64,000 nt of DNA from a virus. Its lineage: Duplodnaviria; Heunggongvirae; Uroviricota; Caudoviricetes. A program made the translations under genes and the position numbers. The notes below the pieces were generated by a model that saw only the letters and a program-made list of their open reading frames with translations, searched no databases and was not told the DNA's origin. The stretch lies in the IMG/VR virus record IMGVR_UViG_2925908680_000001; one strand, 5' to 3'. Each line of letters begins with the position of its first letter. Position 1 is the first letter of the stretch. Shown one piece after another: positions 38,009 to 47,998 of the stretch.

Positions 38009-38814
38009 TGCTTGATTCAATAGGTGAAGTTAAAGCCTTCAAAATTCTGTCAGATGCCGGTATCTCTACACCAGAATCTATAACCATAAGCCGGGCAGCT
38101 TCTGTAAAAGCCTCATCGCTCGCCAGCGCCATACAGGGAATAGTTCACGCCGATAAAACCTATCCTGATTCTGTTTCGGCCTGGACTACTCAATTGCTTG
38201 GCTTTTCTGAACAGCTCAATGAGGCCAGCAAAGCGTCTTCATCACTGGCTGATTCTCTTTCCCCATACACCAAGCCATCAGAGCTGTTACAGATGAAGAT
38301 TGGCTGGGAATGCTACGCAAAAGGTAACGAGCTGACCCCCATACCTGCTTTCGCCCTTGTTGAGGGAATGGGGAATGTTTCCATTCCGCAATCTCTAACG
38401 GACGCATTGACGGCGCTAAAACTTGATGCTCTGAAAACCGCCATGAACGCCATTAACGCAAAAATTGAAGCTGCCGGAAGTGCTGGTGGTGGTGAAAGCA
38501 ATGGTGGACAGGGTGGTGCTGGGGGCGCTCAGGCTCCAGTCATTACTCAGGATGAAATTGATGCTTTACGGGAAGCAGTGACAGCCGCCGAAGTTTTACT
38601 CTCCGAAATTAACTCAGCAAGTGAGGGTGTCGTAGCCCTTACAGGTCGCATTAAAACGTCAACCACTCAGGCAACCAAAGGTTTAGAGAACGCTGTCGCC
38701 ATCACGTTAACTGGTTCTCTACTGGATGATGCAGTAATGAGTCCGGCAATCAGTTTAATCATGCCACAAGGCGTTATCGATGCGCTCCAAAAGAACACCA
38801 AAAAGGAACCATAG
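38008..38814 (+). CDS. hypothetical Ala/Ser/Gly-rich protein
   Basis: ORF from the ATG at 38008 (MLDSIGEV); low-complexity G/S linker. Confidence 0.45.
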   Translation: MLDSIGEVKAFKILSDAGISTPESITISRAASVKASSLASAIQGIVHADKTYPDSVSAWTTQLLGFSEQLNEASKASSSLADSLSPYTKPSELLQMKIGWECYAKGNELTPIPAFALVEGMGNVSIPQSLTDALTALKLDALKTAMNAINAKIEAAGSAGGGESNGGQGGAGGAQAPVITQDEIDALREAVTAAEVLLSEINSASEGVVALTGRIKTSTTQATKGLENAVAITLTGSLLDDAVMSPAISLIMPQGVIDALQKNTKKEP

Positions 38815-38869
38815 AAACACCACTTAGGCACACAAAAGGATGTAAATTGGTACATGTTTAACACCAAAA

Positions 38870-39343
38870 ATGAACCTGGAGAGGATGGTTTTGAAAAAGA
38901 TAATTTTGATTGTAAATGCGCTTTTAGCCATTTCTGGAATTTACCGAACAACGACGGCAGTTATCGAACACATCAGGTATGTCCGATCGCTTGAAGACTC
39001 AAAATCACAACTGGAAAGCACGAACAACACGCTTTCTACCGCATTACAGTTAAGTGAGAACGCTCGCTCAGCCATGCTGACCGAAAACGAAAGAATTAAA
39101 GCACTGGAAAAGGAGTACCAGCGCAAAACAGCAGAACTGAATGCCAACCTAATCAAACAACGAGAGGAAAGCCAGAATGAAATCACTCGCCTTGAAAATA
39201 CGTTGCGCCGTGCTGGGATTAACGATGTGCGTGTACCTGATGACGTTATCAGGATGCAGCGGGAACGGGCAAAAGCCATCAACCAGCGTGCCAGTGAAAA
39301 TTACCGTAGAAGCCACCAGCAAGCCGCAGGCAAATCTGATTGA
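38870..39343 (+). CDS. i-spanin (Rz-like)
   Basis: N-terminal transmembrane segment then coiled-coil periplasmic domain. Confidence 0.6.
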   Translation: MNLERMVLKKIILIVNALLAISGIYRTTTAVIEHIRYVRSLEDSKSQLESTNNTLSTALQLSENARSAMLTENERIKALEKEYQRKTAELNANLIKQREESQNEITRLENTLRRAGINDVRVPDDVIRMQRERAKAINQRASENYRRSHQQAAGKSD

Positions 39344-39503
39344 TTACTCCCCTTGTTTAGTGCCAGAGGACACGCCAGTGCTGTTAAACAAGTATCCGAC
39401 ATACGCTGAACAGTTATTCAGCACGATCGACGAATGCAACCAACGAAACGCACTGAATAACCAAAGAAACAGGGAGATTTGGGAAGGGGACAGGCGGCAG
39501 TGA
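39177..39503 (+). CDS. o-spanin lipoprotein (Rz1-like), overlapping the Rz frame
   Basis: Lipobox LSGC after a signal peptide; +1-frame gene overlapping the 3' end of Rz. Confidence 0.55.
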   Translation: MKSLALKIRCAVLGLTMCVYLMTLSGCSGNGQKPSTSVPVKITVEATSKPQANLIDYSPCLVPEDTPVLLNKYPTYAEQLFSTIDECNQRNALNNQRNREIWEGDRRQ

Positions 39504-39869
39504 GCTTCACAAAAGCTACATAATTATTTTGCGTTAGAAAAATAATTTGAATTTTCGAACATAAATAATAAAATAAATCATCAAAAATTTGATGTTGATC
39601 TTCCATGTTTTCAGGCTTATATTCACGCCGTCGTAGCAAATTCTGCGACCGGGTTTAGCAGCCTGAATGATTGTGCGGACAACCGCAGATTTCCGATATT
39701 GCGGTATTTTTGTGTCCGTAAACCGCGTTACGCCCGAATTATGGTGGGGCGTGATGGGGAGGCTTCGGCCTGCTGGTTTCACAATCGCCAGTCTGCTAAC
39801 CCCGTCACGTCCTGCCACCCGTTTAGCAGCGGGTAGCAGGTTGTTAAACCTGATTGTGAGGCCGTAACT

Positions 39870-40085
39870 ATGGTTAATGCCAATCCTTGCCCTCGCCCGG
39901 AATTTATCTGGCGCTTTTATTCCTGCACAAAACACACCTACATCAGCGTAATGGCAGCTACTGAGGCTGAAGCGCGTTCATTTCTTCCTACAGATCCGTG
40001 CATTTTTGCCGCTCGCTTTAAACCCGATGCTCTGGACGTTTTGACCTACTGGAACCGCCCAATGAACTGCGTGGAGGTGCACTGA
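39870..40085 (+). CDS. Icd-like small protein (immI-like module 2)
   Basis: Paralog of the 21117-21332 product; stop overlaps the ant start. Confidence 0.5.
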   Translation: MVNANPCPRPEFIWRFYSCTKHTYISVMAATEAEARSFLPTDPCIFAARFKPDALDVLTYWNRPMNCVEVH

Positions 40086-41011
40086 TGAATCTGTCCATCT
40101 CTCAAAAAGTGACAATGACAAGTATTGAGATCGCGGAGCTGGTGGGAAGTCGTCATGACAAGGTGAAACAATCTATTGAACGACTGGCGGGACGAGGTGT
40201 AATAGCTTTTCCCCCAATGGGGGAGAAGCCCACCGCAGGCCGCCCGGCGAGCTATTACGTCTTTGAAGGCGAGCAAGGCAAGCGCGACAGCATTGTTGTC
40301 GTCGCACAGCTTTCTCCCGAATTTACCGCCCGACTGGTGGACCGCTGGCGCGAACTGGAGAGTGCCAAAGTACAGTTAAAATCAAAGGCCGAAATCCTGG
40401 CCGAAATGGCGCAAATGCATCTTGAGCATGAACGCCGGATCAACGCCGTAAATGCCCAGGTAGCCGAGGTATCAGCACAAGTGTCCAGGGTCACTGAAAC
40501 ACTTGAGCAGATCAAGAAAGGCAATATTCCGGAAGGCTACATTGGCTACCGCCAGCTGGCGGCGAAATGTGGCCTGACTGAAGCCAAATGTCGCAACCTG
40601 GTTAACGCTTTCCGGATTCCCACCGATACGCATGAGTTTTTAACTCCAGATGGTTTGCTTGCGCGACGCTCCATTGTGGCCCTGGCCCCCTTCCGGAAAG
40701 CCTTTAAGCAGGTGATGTCGGAGGCAGAACCACGCAATAAACGCTGGTATCATCCAAAGATGGGGATGTTTCAGGCAATCCACCATCCTGTGCCTGAAAG
40801 CCCAAAGGATAATCTGTCACTACATACCGTCAGAGAGAAGATCAGGACTGGATACGCAACAGTGTGTCGTCGTTCTTCCTGGCCTGAAGGTATATGGGTG
40901 TGGCCCGAAGGTGGATCACGAAAGCACTGGCGCACTATCCGAGATGGGAAAATCCATGCTATTGATTTAGCTCCAGAGGATATTGTTGCTACGGACTGGA
41001 TTGTTAGTTAA
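40085..41011 (+). CDS. ant: antirepressor Ant (copy 2)
   Basis: C-terminal roughly 250 aa nearly identical to copy 1; N-terminal roughly 60 aa divergent. Confidence 0.75.
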   Translation: MNLSISQKVTMTSIEIAELVGSRHDKVKQSIERLAGRGVIAFPPMGEKPTAGRPASYYVFEGEQGKRDSIVVVAQLSPEFTARLVDRWRELESAKVQLKSKAEILAEMAQMHLEHERRINAVNAQVAEVSAQVSRVTETLEQIKKGNIPEGYIGYRQLAAKCGLTEAKCRNLVNAFRIPTDTHEFLTPDGLLARRSIVALAPFRKAFKQVMSEAEPRNKRWYHPKMGMFQAIHHPVPESPKDNLSLHTVREKIRTGYATVCRRSSWPEGIWVWPEGGSRKHWRTIRDGKIHAIDLAPEDIVATDWIVS

Positions 41012-41019
41012 TTACTGTT

Positions 41020-41043
41020 GCCCCGGCCAGGCCGGGGCTTTCG
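41020..41043 (+). terminator. hairpin terminator after ant copy 2
   Basis: gccccggcc-ag-gccggggc followed by tttcg. Confidence 0.5.
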
Positions 41044-41046
41044 TGA

Positions 41047-41451
41047 CTAAAAATCTGTTCGCTGTCGCCATGCGTTTTTTAACTCAGGAATATCCGCCAT
41101 TTCAATTAACTTGCGAAGTCCAGCACTGACTTTCCCATTGCCAACCATAGCAAGCCAATCTCTTACTGCTTTCGGCATGTAGAGCGTTGCAGTTACCGGC
41201 TCTTCAACCCTGGCAGGACATCCGCATACAGGCCATTTAATTGATTCCATAACTTCGGATGCCGGGGTGAGGGCGGGGACATTGAGTATATCTCTACCAG
41301 AAAACTGGATAACGATCCGTTCAGCGAGCGAGAGTATCTCACTTTCGGCAAGAATTGATGCCAACTGCGCCTCAACAAGAAAGCGACTTGTTGTGTTCAG
41401 AGAGTGGCTCTTAGCGCCATTTTTATACGAAACAAAGATTCGATACGCCAT
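41047..41451 (-). CDS. hypothetical protein, 134 aa
   Basis: ORF only. Confidence 0.5.
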   Translation of the reverse strand: MAYRIFVSYKNGAKSHSLNTTSRFLVEAQLASILAESEILSLAERIVIQFSGRDILNVPALTPASEVMESIKWPVCGCPARVEEPVTATLYMPKAVRDWLAMVGNGKVSAGLRKLIEMADIPELKNAWRQRTDF

Positions 41452-41609
41452 AACTCTAATGATTTGTGTTAGAAAACTAAAATTAAATCACATAACAACA
41501 TGCGTGTTAATATATTTTATTTTACTAAACCTATTGACTAAATCACAAAGTAGGTATTGTTAGCCCGTCAAAAGAACCTTCACGCCGCGCCCGAATTTAG
41601 GGCTTAACC

Positions 41610-43307
41610 GTGAATAAAAACATTCAGCCAGCTCGTGATCGCGAGCGCGAGATTATGAATCGGGCGGCAAGCGTCATGGCTATGACCGTCGATCCGACCA
41701 CCGATGCAGCAGGCAACATGATTGCTGACCAGGCAGTAATGATGGAAAACCTGGATAAAGCAATCCAGAAAGTGCCTATGTTTGAAGGCGTAAATCCAGA
41801 GGTTGCACGTCAGATCGCTGGTGGGTGGGCTATGTCTCTGCATGAGTACAAGCGCCAGCATGGTCACTACCCGGCAAGCGATATCCTGGCAAACGCACAC
41901 ATGGCACTTGAACGCCTGATGACTGAATGTGCCAGCGATACACACGTAGGCACTGGCAAGGCAATGTTTGAGTCTGTCGCGCAATCAATGCGTAGCTCTG
42001 ACGGCGTAATGAAAGTTGCTCAATATGCTGCACTAATTCTGCCTGCCTCTCTGGGTGCTGCTACCAGTGATGCCTGTACTTTTGTTCCTTGTGATCGTGA
42101 TGAGTCAAATATTTATGAACTGGTCAACGTAGCAGGCACAAAATTCGGCACCTTCGAGCAAGGTGACGAACTGAATATGCAATCCGCTGGTGTTTATTCT
42201 CAAATGAAGCGCCTGTATACCCTTTCCACGAAAGGGGACGGCAGCACCAAAACTTTCCAGTTCGACATCCAAAATTTTGAGGGGCAGTCCTGCCCGCTGC
42301 GTGCTGGTTATAACAAGCTGCTTATCAACCGCAAACCGTCCAAGGTTGACGACGGCGATGGCAACCTTTATTTCAATGATAAAGACTGCAAAGGCAATGC
42401 ATTCTCAGCTACCGCAAAAGTCGCTTATGACACTGGTGTCATCGACATTACCTTCACTCAAGCGCCAGCAGAAGGGACTGAAATTGCGGTTCAGGTCGAA
42501 ATTAACATCGAGCGCAATCCAAGCCTGATTCCGGTAATCAACCAGGCTATGCGTAAGTATGAAGTTCGACCGTCTCAGTACGTAATTGCTTCCGAACACA
42601 CCGTAATGTCCGCTTCCGATTTAAGCCGTGAACACGGCCTTGAATTGGCGGCACTTCAGTTCTCCGCAATGCGGAACTGGATCTCCCATGAAACCGACAT
42701 CATGCGTCTGCGCACCCTGGTATTCCATACCGTTTATGGTCGTGAATTTGATGTGGCTCTGCCTGAAGCTCAAAACTATGAGTCCTGGGTCGGCCTCCTG
42801 CGCCACGCAGTAAACGCCCTGTCTCAGGAAATGGCAAACCGCACCCTGACCACAGGTATTCGCGGTGGCTTCGCAGGTGGTGACGCAGCTAACTTCCTGC
42901 GTTCTCTGCCTCCACAGCACTTCCAAATCGCGCCGGGCTACGTTCAGTCACCGTATGTGCAGTACATCGGCACCCTGTTTGGCACGATTCGTATTTACGA
43001 AGTGCCGCAGCCTGTGTGTGAGCAATTCAAGGCTCAGGGATATGACTTAGGTCTGGATGACATTTATTTCTATGGTCGCGGTGAAGGCATCGGTAAAGCC
43101 GGGCTGATCGCTGGTGATGCGGTCCCAGCAATCCCGTATGTGCACGAAACCAATCCATCTCTCGTTAACCGCACCACTCTCTGGGGTAGTGCTATCAACG
43201 AAGTCCACCCGCGCAACGGTGAGAATTATTTCGCCCGCCTGCGTCTGACTCGTGCCAAAGAAGGTGCTATCGACATGCTGACAGGCAAGGTTAACGAAAA
43301 AAAGTGA
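41610..43307 (+). CDS. putative major head protein (P1 gp23-like); identity uncertain
   Basis: 565-aa (about 62 kDa) protein upstream of an Ig-like protein and the sheath gene; assignment by size and context only. Confidence 0.4.
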   Translation: MNKNIQPARDREREIMNRAASVMAMTVDPTTDAAGNMIADQAVMMENLDKAIQKVPMFEGVNPEVARQIAGGWAMSLHEYKRQHGHYPASDILANAHMALERLMTECASDTHVGTGKAMFESVAQSMRSSDGVMKVAQYAALILPASLGAATSDACTFVPCDRDESNIYELVNVAGTKFGTFEQGDELNMQSAGVYSQMKRLYTLSTKGDGSTKTFQFDIQNFEGQSCPLRAGYNKLLINRKPSKVDDGDGNLYFNDKDCKGNAFSATAKVAYDTGVIDITFTQAPAEGTEIAVQVEINIERNPSLIPVINQAMRKYEVRPSQYVIASEHTVMSASDLSREHGLELAALQFSAMRNWISHETDIMRLRTLVFHTVYGREFDVALPEAQNYESWVGLLRHAVNALSQEMANRTLTTGIRGGFAGGDAANFLRSLPPQHFQIAPGYVQSPYVQYIGTLFGTIRIYEVPQPVCEQFKAQGYDLGLDDIYFYGRGEGIGKAGLIAGDAVPAIPYVHETNPSLVNRTTLWGSAINEVHPRNGENYFARLRLTRAKEGAIDMLTGKVNEKK

Positions 43308-43453
43308 TGGTGGCGAACGTGTCGGTATCACCAACGTCACTTGACGTAGATGAAGGTGAAACTATCGCCGCGAACACTTCAAAGGCACAGAAAAAAACAA
43401 AGCAGAAGTAAGGCAAAAACACGCCCCTGATTAAGGGGCGTTCAGGAGAAAAA

Positions 43454-43732
43454 ATGGCAAACATTCAAGTAACTATCACGCCATCTGACGCAACAGACAA
43501 ATCTTTCACTGTTGAGTCAGATCACCCTGAAATTGTCCGGGTTGATGGCACTACATGTACCGCTCTTAAGGCCGAGCAGGCAGTGCTGACAATCAAAACA
43601 AATGACGGCAATAAAACCGCACAGTGCACAGTCACTGTTAGGGAGGCACCTAAAAGCGTAAGCGCCGTCAGTGTTGAACCAACTACGAAAGAAGTAACCG
43701 TAGGCGACAACTTCACGGTAAGCGAATCCTGA
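43454..43732 (+). CDS. Ig-like (Big_2-type) domain protein
   Basis: Ig-like beta-sandwich pattern (VTITPSDATD...VLTIKTNDGNKTAQCTVTV). Confidence 0.5.
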   Translation: MANIQVTITPSDATDKSFTVESDHPEIVRVDGTTCTALKAEQAVLTIKTNDGNKTAQCTVTVREAPKSVSAVSVEPTTKEVTVGDNFTVSES

Positions 43733-43799
43733 TCAGAGACTGCCCATTAACCGTGGGTAGCCTTGCCTCGTTCTCTCGCTTTAGAGGATAAGAACCAGC

Positions 43800-45458
43800 A
43801 TGAATAAGATTAGTTTTTCGGTAGGGCAGGCAGCTGGCGTTGCTGTAATGTCAGTAAATGCTGACGCTACCCTCACCAATACCAGCGGTGGCGCATCCGT
43901 CTTTGCTGGGCTTGTAATATCGCGTCGTGGCGCACCGGGTAAGGTACTGAAAGTTGACGATACGACTTATCAAAGCGTATTAGGTTCACCGATTCACCCT
44001 CGCCAGGGCGCGGCATTTGAACCATATCGCCACGTGGAGCGTGCAGTAAAAGGCGGCTCTGGATATGTCGTTCGAGTTTGCGCTAAAGACATGAAGGTGC
44101 CGGGTATTTCTGTTTCCGTTGTGGGCAGAGCAAAAGCGGCAAAGGCGAGTAAAGAACTTTCCGTTGAACCAACTGAAACCACAGTAAATCCAGGTGACAC
44201 ATTAAGCGTTGGTGTTGCTTCAACTGCAACGACTCAATCAGTGTCCTTCACACCCAAAGAGACGCCCCAGATTAAAGGTGAAGAGAAGGCATTATTCTTC
44301 ATCAAAGATGGTGATGCATCTCAAAATCGCACGTTATCACTAACTCGCGATGATGAAGAAAGCGAACTCTTTACGCTGACGCTGAAAGAAAAACAAACCG
44401 ATGGGTCCATTGAGGTGCTGGAAAGCCACCAGGTGTCTTTCAATCCAGAAGGCACTAACGACATGGGCCAACCAGCATGGATTCCGACACTGCTTGAAAG
44501 CCAGTCCACTCGAATTGGTGCCGTACTGGCAGATAATGCAGAAGCATCCGCTGCTCAACTCATTTTTGAGGATGTAGCTTTTGAAGGTGGTACTGATGGA
44601 GATCTGTCCGAAATTGACACTGAAGACTATCTGGAAGCATTAAAGGTTCTCGAAGCTTCAGAGGTTAATTACACCGCATTGCTGTCACTGGGTTGTTATG
44701 ACGCATCCGCCTTAGCCGCAATCAAAAAGCTGGCTGAAGATGTTCGCGTAGACATGTTCTATGACCTGAAGGGCAACCAGACACCTGAAAACGCTATTTC
44801 AGAAGCGAAAAGCCATAGTTTTGGCGGCTCACATCAACCAAGCCGTTACTACTTCCCGCTCTCCTGCCGAGATACTTTCACTGGAATGAATGTCGTCTAT
44901 GGCATTAGCTGCGACGCATTCGTAGCGAAAGCAAAAGGAGTGGCGCTGGTACCGGATGTTGGTGGTTGGCATTACGCACCGGCAGGTATATCACGCGCGA
45001 TTATTGATCGACAGAACATTGCCCGAATTCCAAATATCGGTGCAGTTGATCGTGAAGCGTTCGTTCTTGCGCGCATTAATCCAGTTTCAGTTGCTGCTGA
45101 CGGGTCCGTTTACATTGACGACTCTTTAACAACTTACAGCAAAAACAACTATCTGCGATTCCAGCATGTGTCTTCCTTGATGAACGCCATCGCCAGAGAT
45201 TTCTATGAAGTAGCTCAGGCGATTAAGCACGAACCGGATGGCATTACCAAAGAAACGCTAATGAAAGCAATGACTGAATTGCTTGACCGTTACGTTGCAG
45301 CCGGTGCGCTGGTTACTCCACGTGACAAGTCCCAGGGCGAAGATCCATATGTTGTTCAGGTTGTCCAAAAGGACATCGATCTGTGGGAAGTGTCCTGGTC
45401 TGTTTGTCCGACCGGTACAGCTCGCCGAATCGTCGGTAAGCCAATTCTGATGCGCTGA
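43800..45458 (+). CDS. contractile tail sheath protein
   Basis: 552-aa protein whose C-terminal region resembles the sheath domain; followed by tube-sized ORFs. Confidence 0.6.
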   Translation: MNKISFSVGQAAGVAVMSVNADATLTNTSGGASVFAGLVISRRGAPGKVLKVDDTTYQSVLGSPIHPRQGAAFEPYRHVERAVKGGSGYVVRVCAKDMKVPGISVSVVGRAKAAKASKELSVEPTETTVNPGDTLSVGVASTATTQSVSFTPKETPQIKGEEKALFFIKDGDASQNRTLSLTRDDEESELFTLTLKEKQTDGSIEVLESHQVSFNPEGTNDMGQPAWIPTLLESQSTRIGAVLADNAEASAAQLIFEDVAFEGGTDGDLSEIDTEDYLEALKVLEASEVNYTALLSLGCYDASALAAIKKLAEDVRVDMFYDLKGNQTPENAISEAKSHSFGGSHQPSRYYFPLSCRDTFTGMNVVYGISCDAFVAKAKGVALVPDVGGWHYAPAGISRAIIDRQNIARIPNIGAVDREAFVLARINPVSVAADGSVYIDDSLTTYSKNNYLRFQHVSSLMNAIARDFYEVAQAIKHEPDGITKETLMKAMTELLDRYVAAGALVTPRDKSQGEDPYVVQVVQKDIDLWEVSWSVCPTGTARRIVGKPILMR

Positions 45459-45496
45459 TTTATAACCCCCCGCTAAATGATGCGGGGGAGAGAGGT

Positions 45497-46237
45497 TTGA
45501 ATATGAAAAATTATACTGCTGATCCTTTTATGCGTGCGATTTTCGGTTCTGGCTGCTTTGAAAGCGGTGATAAATCCACGCAGGACAATAATGATAACGC
45601 CATGCTGGAAAGCGCAGGACAGAAAGGAAAGGACACTCAACCAAAGCCCAAAGACGACATTGAAACCGCGATGATGGAAGCGGTTGAATCCCGTGCACAA
45701 GGTGATATGCGCAGCCTGGCAGCTTCCATGCTTGCTGGTTGGGTTGAAGATGGTGATCCGGAGGCTGACTCATTTGATGCATTAGCAATCACTATGGCTG
45801 GCCTGGCTGATATCGATGAAGACACCGATTTCACCGATGAGCAAATCGATGCTTATAACGATGCTCTCGCAGCTCTTGCTGATGCAGCTGTTGCGCTTGG
45901 CGCTGATCAGGACGATGTAACCGAAATGATCGACGATGAAGATGACTCAGCTGCCGAACGTGTTTATGACGCTCTTTCCGAAAGCGACACCGACATGATG
46001 GAAACAGCTATTGCCATTTACACCGTTGCTGGTGGTGATAGCGCAATGCTGGAAGCGGTACGTAAAAAAGTGGTTCGTGATGGCAAGGTTACCATCATCC
46101 GTAAACGCCCGCGTCCTCGCCGCATGACGTCATTGCAAAAACAGGCGCTGAAAAAAGCACGCCGCAAAGCACATACATCCGTAGCGAATATCAACCGCAA
46201 AAAATCAATGCGCATTCGCAAAAAACGCGGTTTGTAA
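45497..46237 (+). CDS. acidic protein with basic C-terminal tail
   Basis: D/E-rich body and KR-rich C-terminus. Confidence 0.45.
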   Translation: MNMKNYTADPFMRAIFGSGCFESGDKSTQDNNDNAMLESAGQKGKDTQPKPKDDIETAMMEAVESRAQGDMRSLAASMLAGWVEDGDPEADSFDALAITMAGLADIDEDTDFTDEQIDAYNDALAALADAAVALGADQDDVTEMIDDEDDSAAERVYDALSESDTDMMETAIAIYTVAGGDSAMLEAVRKKVVRDGKVTIIRKRPRPRRMTSLQKQALKKARRKAHTSVANINRKKSMRIRKKRGL

Positions 46238-46286
46238 GTGACATAGGCCGCCTGCAAAGGTGGCCTCTACCTGGGAGAAATAGCGT

Positions 46287-46877
46287 TTGATTTGCGGCGC
46301 GATAATGCCTGACGGAATAAGTCCGTTAATGAAGGTTTATATCCTCTCTTCAGAGGATATGGTCGTCGGTTATATCGGTGAAGGATCTACCGCAGAACTG
46401 TCATCAATGTGGCAATCACCATTTGAAAACCAGTCAGTAGGAGGTTTGCTTGGCGGTATTAGCGCTGCGGCTGGCTCTCTTGCAGATACGCTTCAGACCG
46501 CAACCGGCGTAACAACAAAAACCCTCTTCAACTCAATGCTTGTTTGGGAAGGTCAGCAACCGCCTGAATTTAATCTGGTAATTGATTTCATGGCGACAAC
46601 GAACGCGCAACTTGAAGTGAACGCAGCCATTACAGCATTGCTGAAGATGGAATCGCCGGAACTGAACAATGTAGCGCCATTCGGTCGTCGCCCGGAGACA
46701 GTAACGTTAAACATAGGTAGGAACATAGCCCTTACCGACGTTGTTATCAAAAGCGTGAGTTACCAACTGGACGCCCCGCGCACACCGGAAGGCTATTTCA
46801 CTCATAACACGGTAACCCTGCAATGCAGCGGTAACACATCGATCAACCGTAGCAATATCTCATCTGTTTTTGTGTAG
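46287..46877 (+). CDS. tail structural protein (possible tube)
   Basis: Size and position after the sheath. Confidence 0.45.
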   Translation: MICGAIMPDGISPLMKVYILSSEDMVVGYIGEGSTAELSSMWQSPFENQSVGGLLGGISAAAGSLADTLQTATGVTTKTLFNSMLVWEGQQPPEFNLVIDFMATTNAQLEVNAAITALLKMESPELNNVAPFGRRPETVTLNIGRNIALTDVVIKSVSYQLDAPRTPEGYFTHNTVTLQCSGNTSINRSNISSVFV

Positions 46878-46885
46878 GAGTATTT

Positions 46886-47377
46886 ATGTCCGGTTTTGCA
46901 AATACAAAAGCCGATATGGCCTTTCTAAAATCCCGGTTTAATAAAAACCTGGCTGCAGGCGAAAAACTTATTGGTTCTGAATATTGGATGACCATTAAGG
47001 GTTACGAACATCTGTCTGTACTAGTTCGTACAGCTCAGTTACCAGAAATGACACGTGAAGATGTGGAGGATTACGCCCCTGGTGGCATGAAATTCAACCA
47101 GCACGGACCATTACGCAACTCTGGTGAATTTCAGGTCACATGCGCGGAAACTATCGAAGGCGCAGTTCTCGCCGCTGTAAAACAGATGGTATACGGAAAA
47201 GAATATCTGGAAATTACCTTACAGGCGGCGGCTGAATCGAATAGCGGTAACCATAAAGGTCTGATCCGCACATATTCTCATTGCAAAGTGTATTCCGACG
47301 CCGTGGACTTCTCATCCGAAGACGTAACGGCGGTCGTTAAACCTTCCCTGCGCATTGTTTACAACTGGGCGGAATAA
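46886..47377 (+). CDS. tail tube-like protein, 163 aa
   Basis: Size and position typical of a myovirus tube protein. Confidence 0.45.
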   Translation: MSGFANTKADMAFLKSRFNKNLAAGEKLIGSEYWMTIKGYEHLSVLVRTAQLPEMTREDVEDYAPGGMKFNQHGPLRNSGEFQVTCAETIEGAVLAAVKQMVYGKEYLEITLQAAAESNSGNHKGLIRTYSHCKVYSDAVDFSSEDVTAVVKPSLRIVYNWAE

Positions 47378-47431
47378 TCCCTATCCCGCCCTTGTGGCGG
47401 GAACATCCTTGTTATTGAGTTGTAGGCAACA

Positions 47432-47983
47432 ATGACACCAATTGAATTATTAGAAAGCGTTAAAGAGCGATTTAATCCGCTGCTTGTGCGTGAAGAAGAA
47501 ACGTTGAAAGCATTCCTGATCAAAGCTCTGACCACGTATCAGGACAGGGCAGGGGTAGTGAAAACGTTAAAACTTGAAAAAGCTGGTGGTACTGCAATCC
47601 CGTTGCCAGAAGATTATCTCTCTCTGGTTCATGTTACCGACAACAACGGCTTATTGGTCTATTCGGATGAATTATCCGGATTTATTGAATTAGAGCTAAC
47701 AGGTTCAGAACGCTGGCCTTTTCGAATGCTGTATCTGGTTAATCTACGCGACAGAGAGCTGGATGAATGGCAAGTGCCTCCTGCAATCATTGGAATGCTG
47801 GAGGAATATCTGGAGGCGCTTATCAATGTAAGAAATGTCGCCCGGCAGCGTAGAGCGTCCATCGACGGGAAATTTGACTACTCAGATCTGCCCGATGAAG
47901 CCACGCTATATGCCCGCGTGCAGGAGATTGAGGAAAAAATGTCCTCAAACCGGGCCATTATTCCGGGGGCTACCATTTTTTAA
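47432..47983 (+). CDS. tail-associated hypothetical protein
   Basis: ORF in the tail operon. Confidence 0.45.
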   Translation: MTPIELLESVKERFNPLLVREEETLKAFLIKALTTYQDRAGVVKTLKLEKAGGTAIPLPEDYLSLVHVTDNNGLLVYSDELSGFIELELTGSERWPFRMLYLVNLRDRELDEWQVPPAIIGMLEEYLEALINVRNVARQRRASIDGKFDYSDLPDEATLYARVQEIEEKMSSNRAIIPGATIF

Positions 47984-47998
47984 CGCTGGAGGCGCAGA

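Noticed and set aside
39534-39935. 133-aa minus-strand ORF over the leader of immI module 2
   Set aside because: Overlaps the icd-like start and the putative antisense-RNA leader; the region is better explained as non-coding regulatory sequence.
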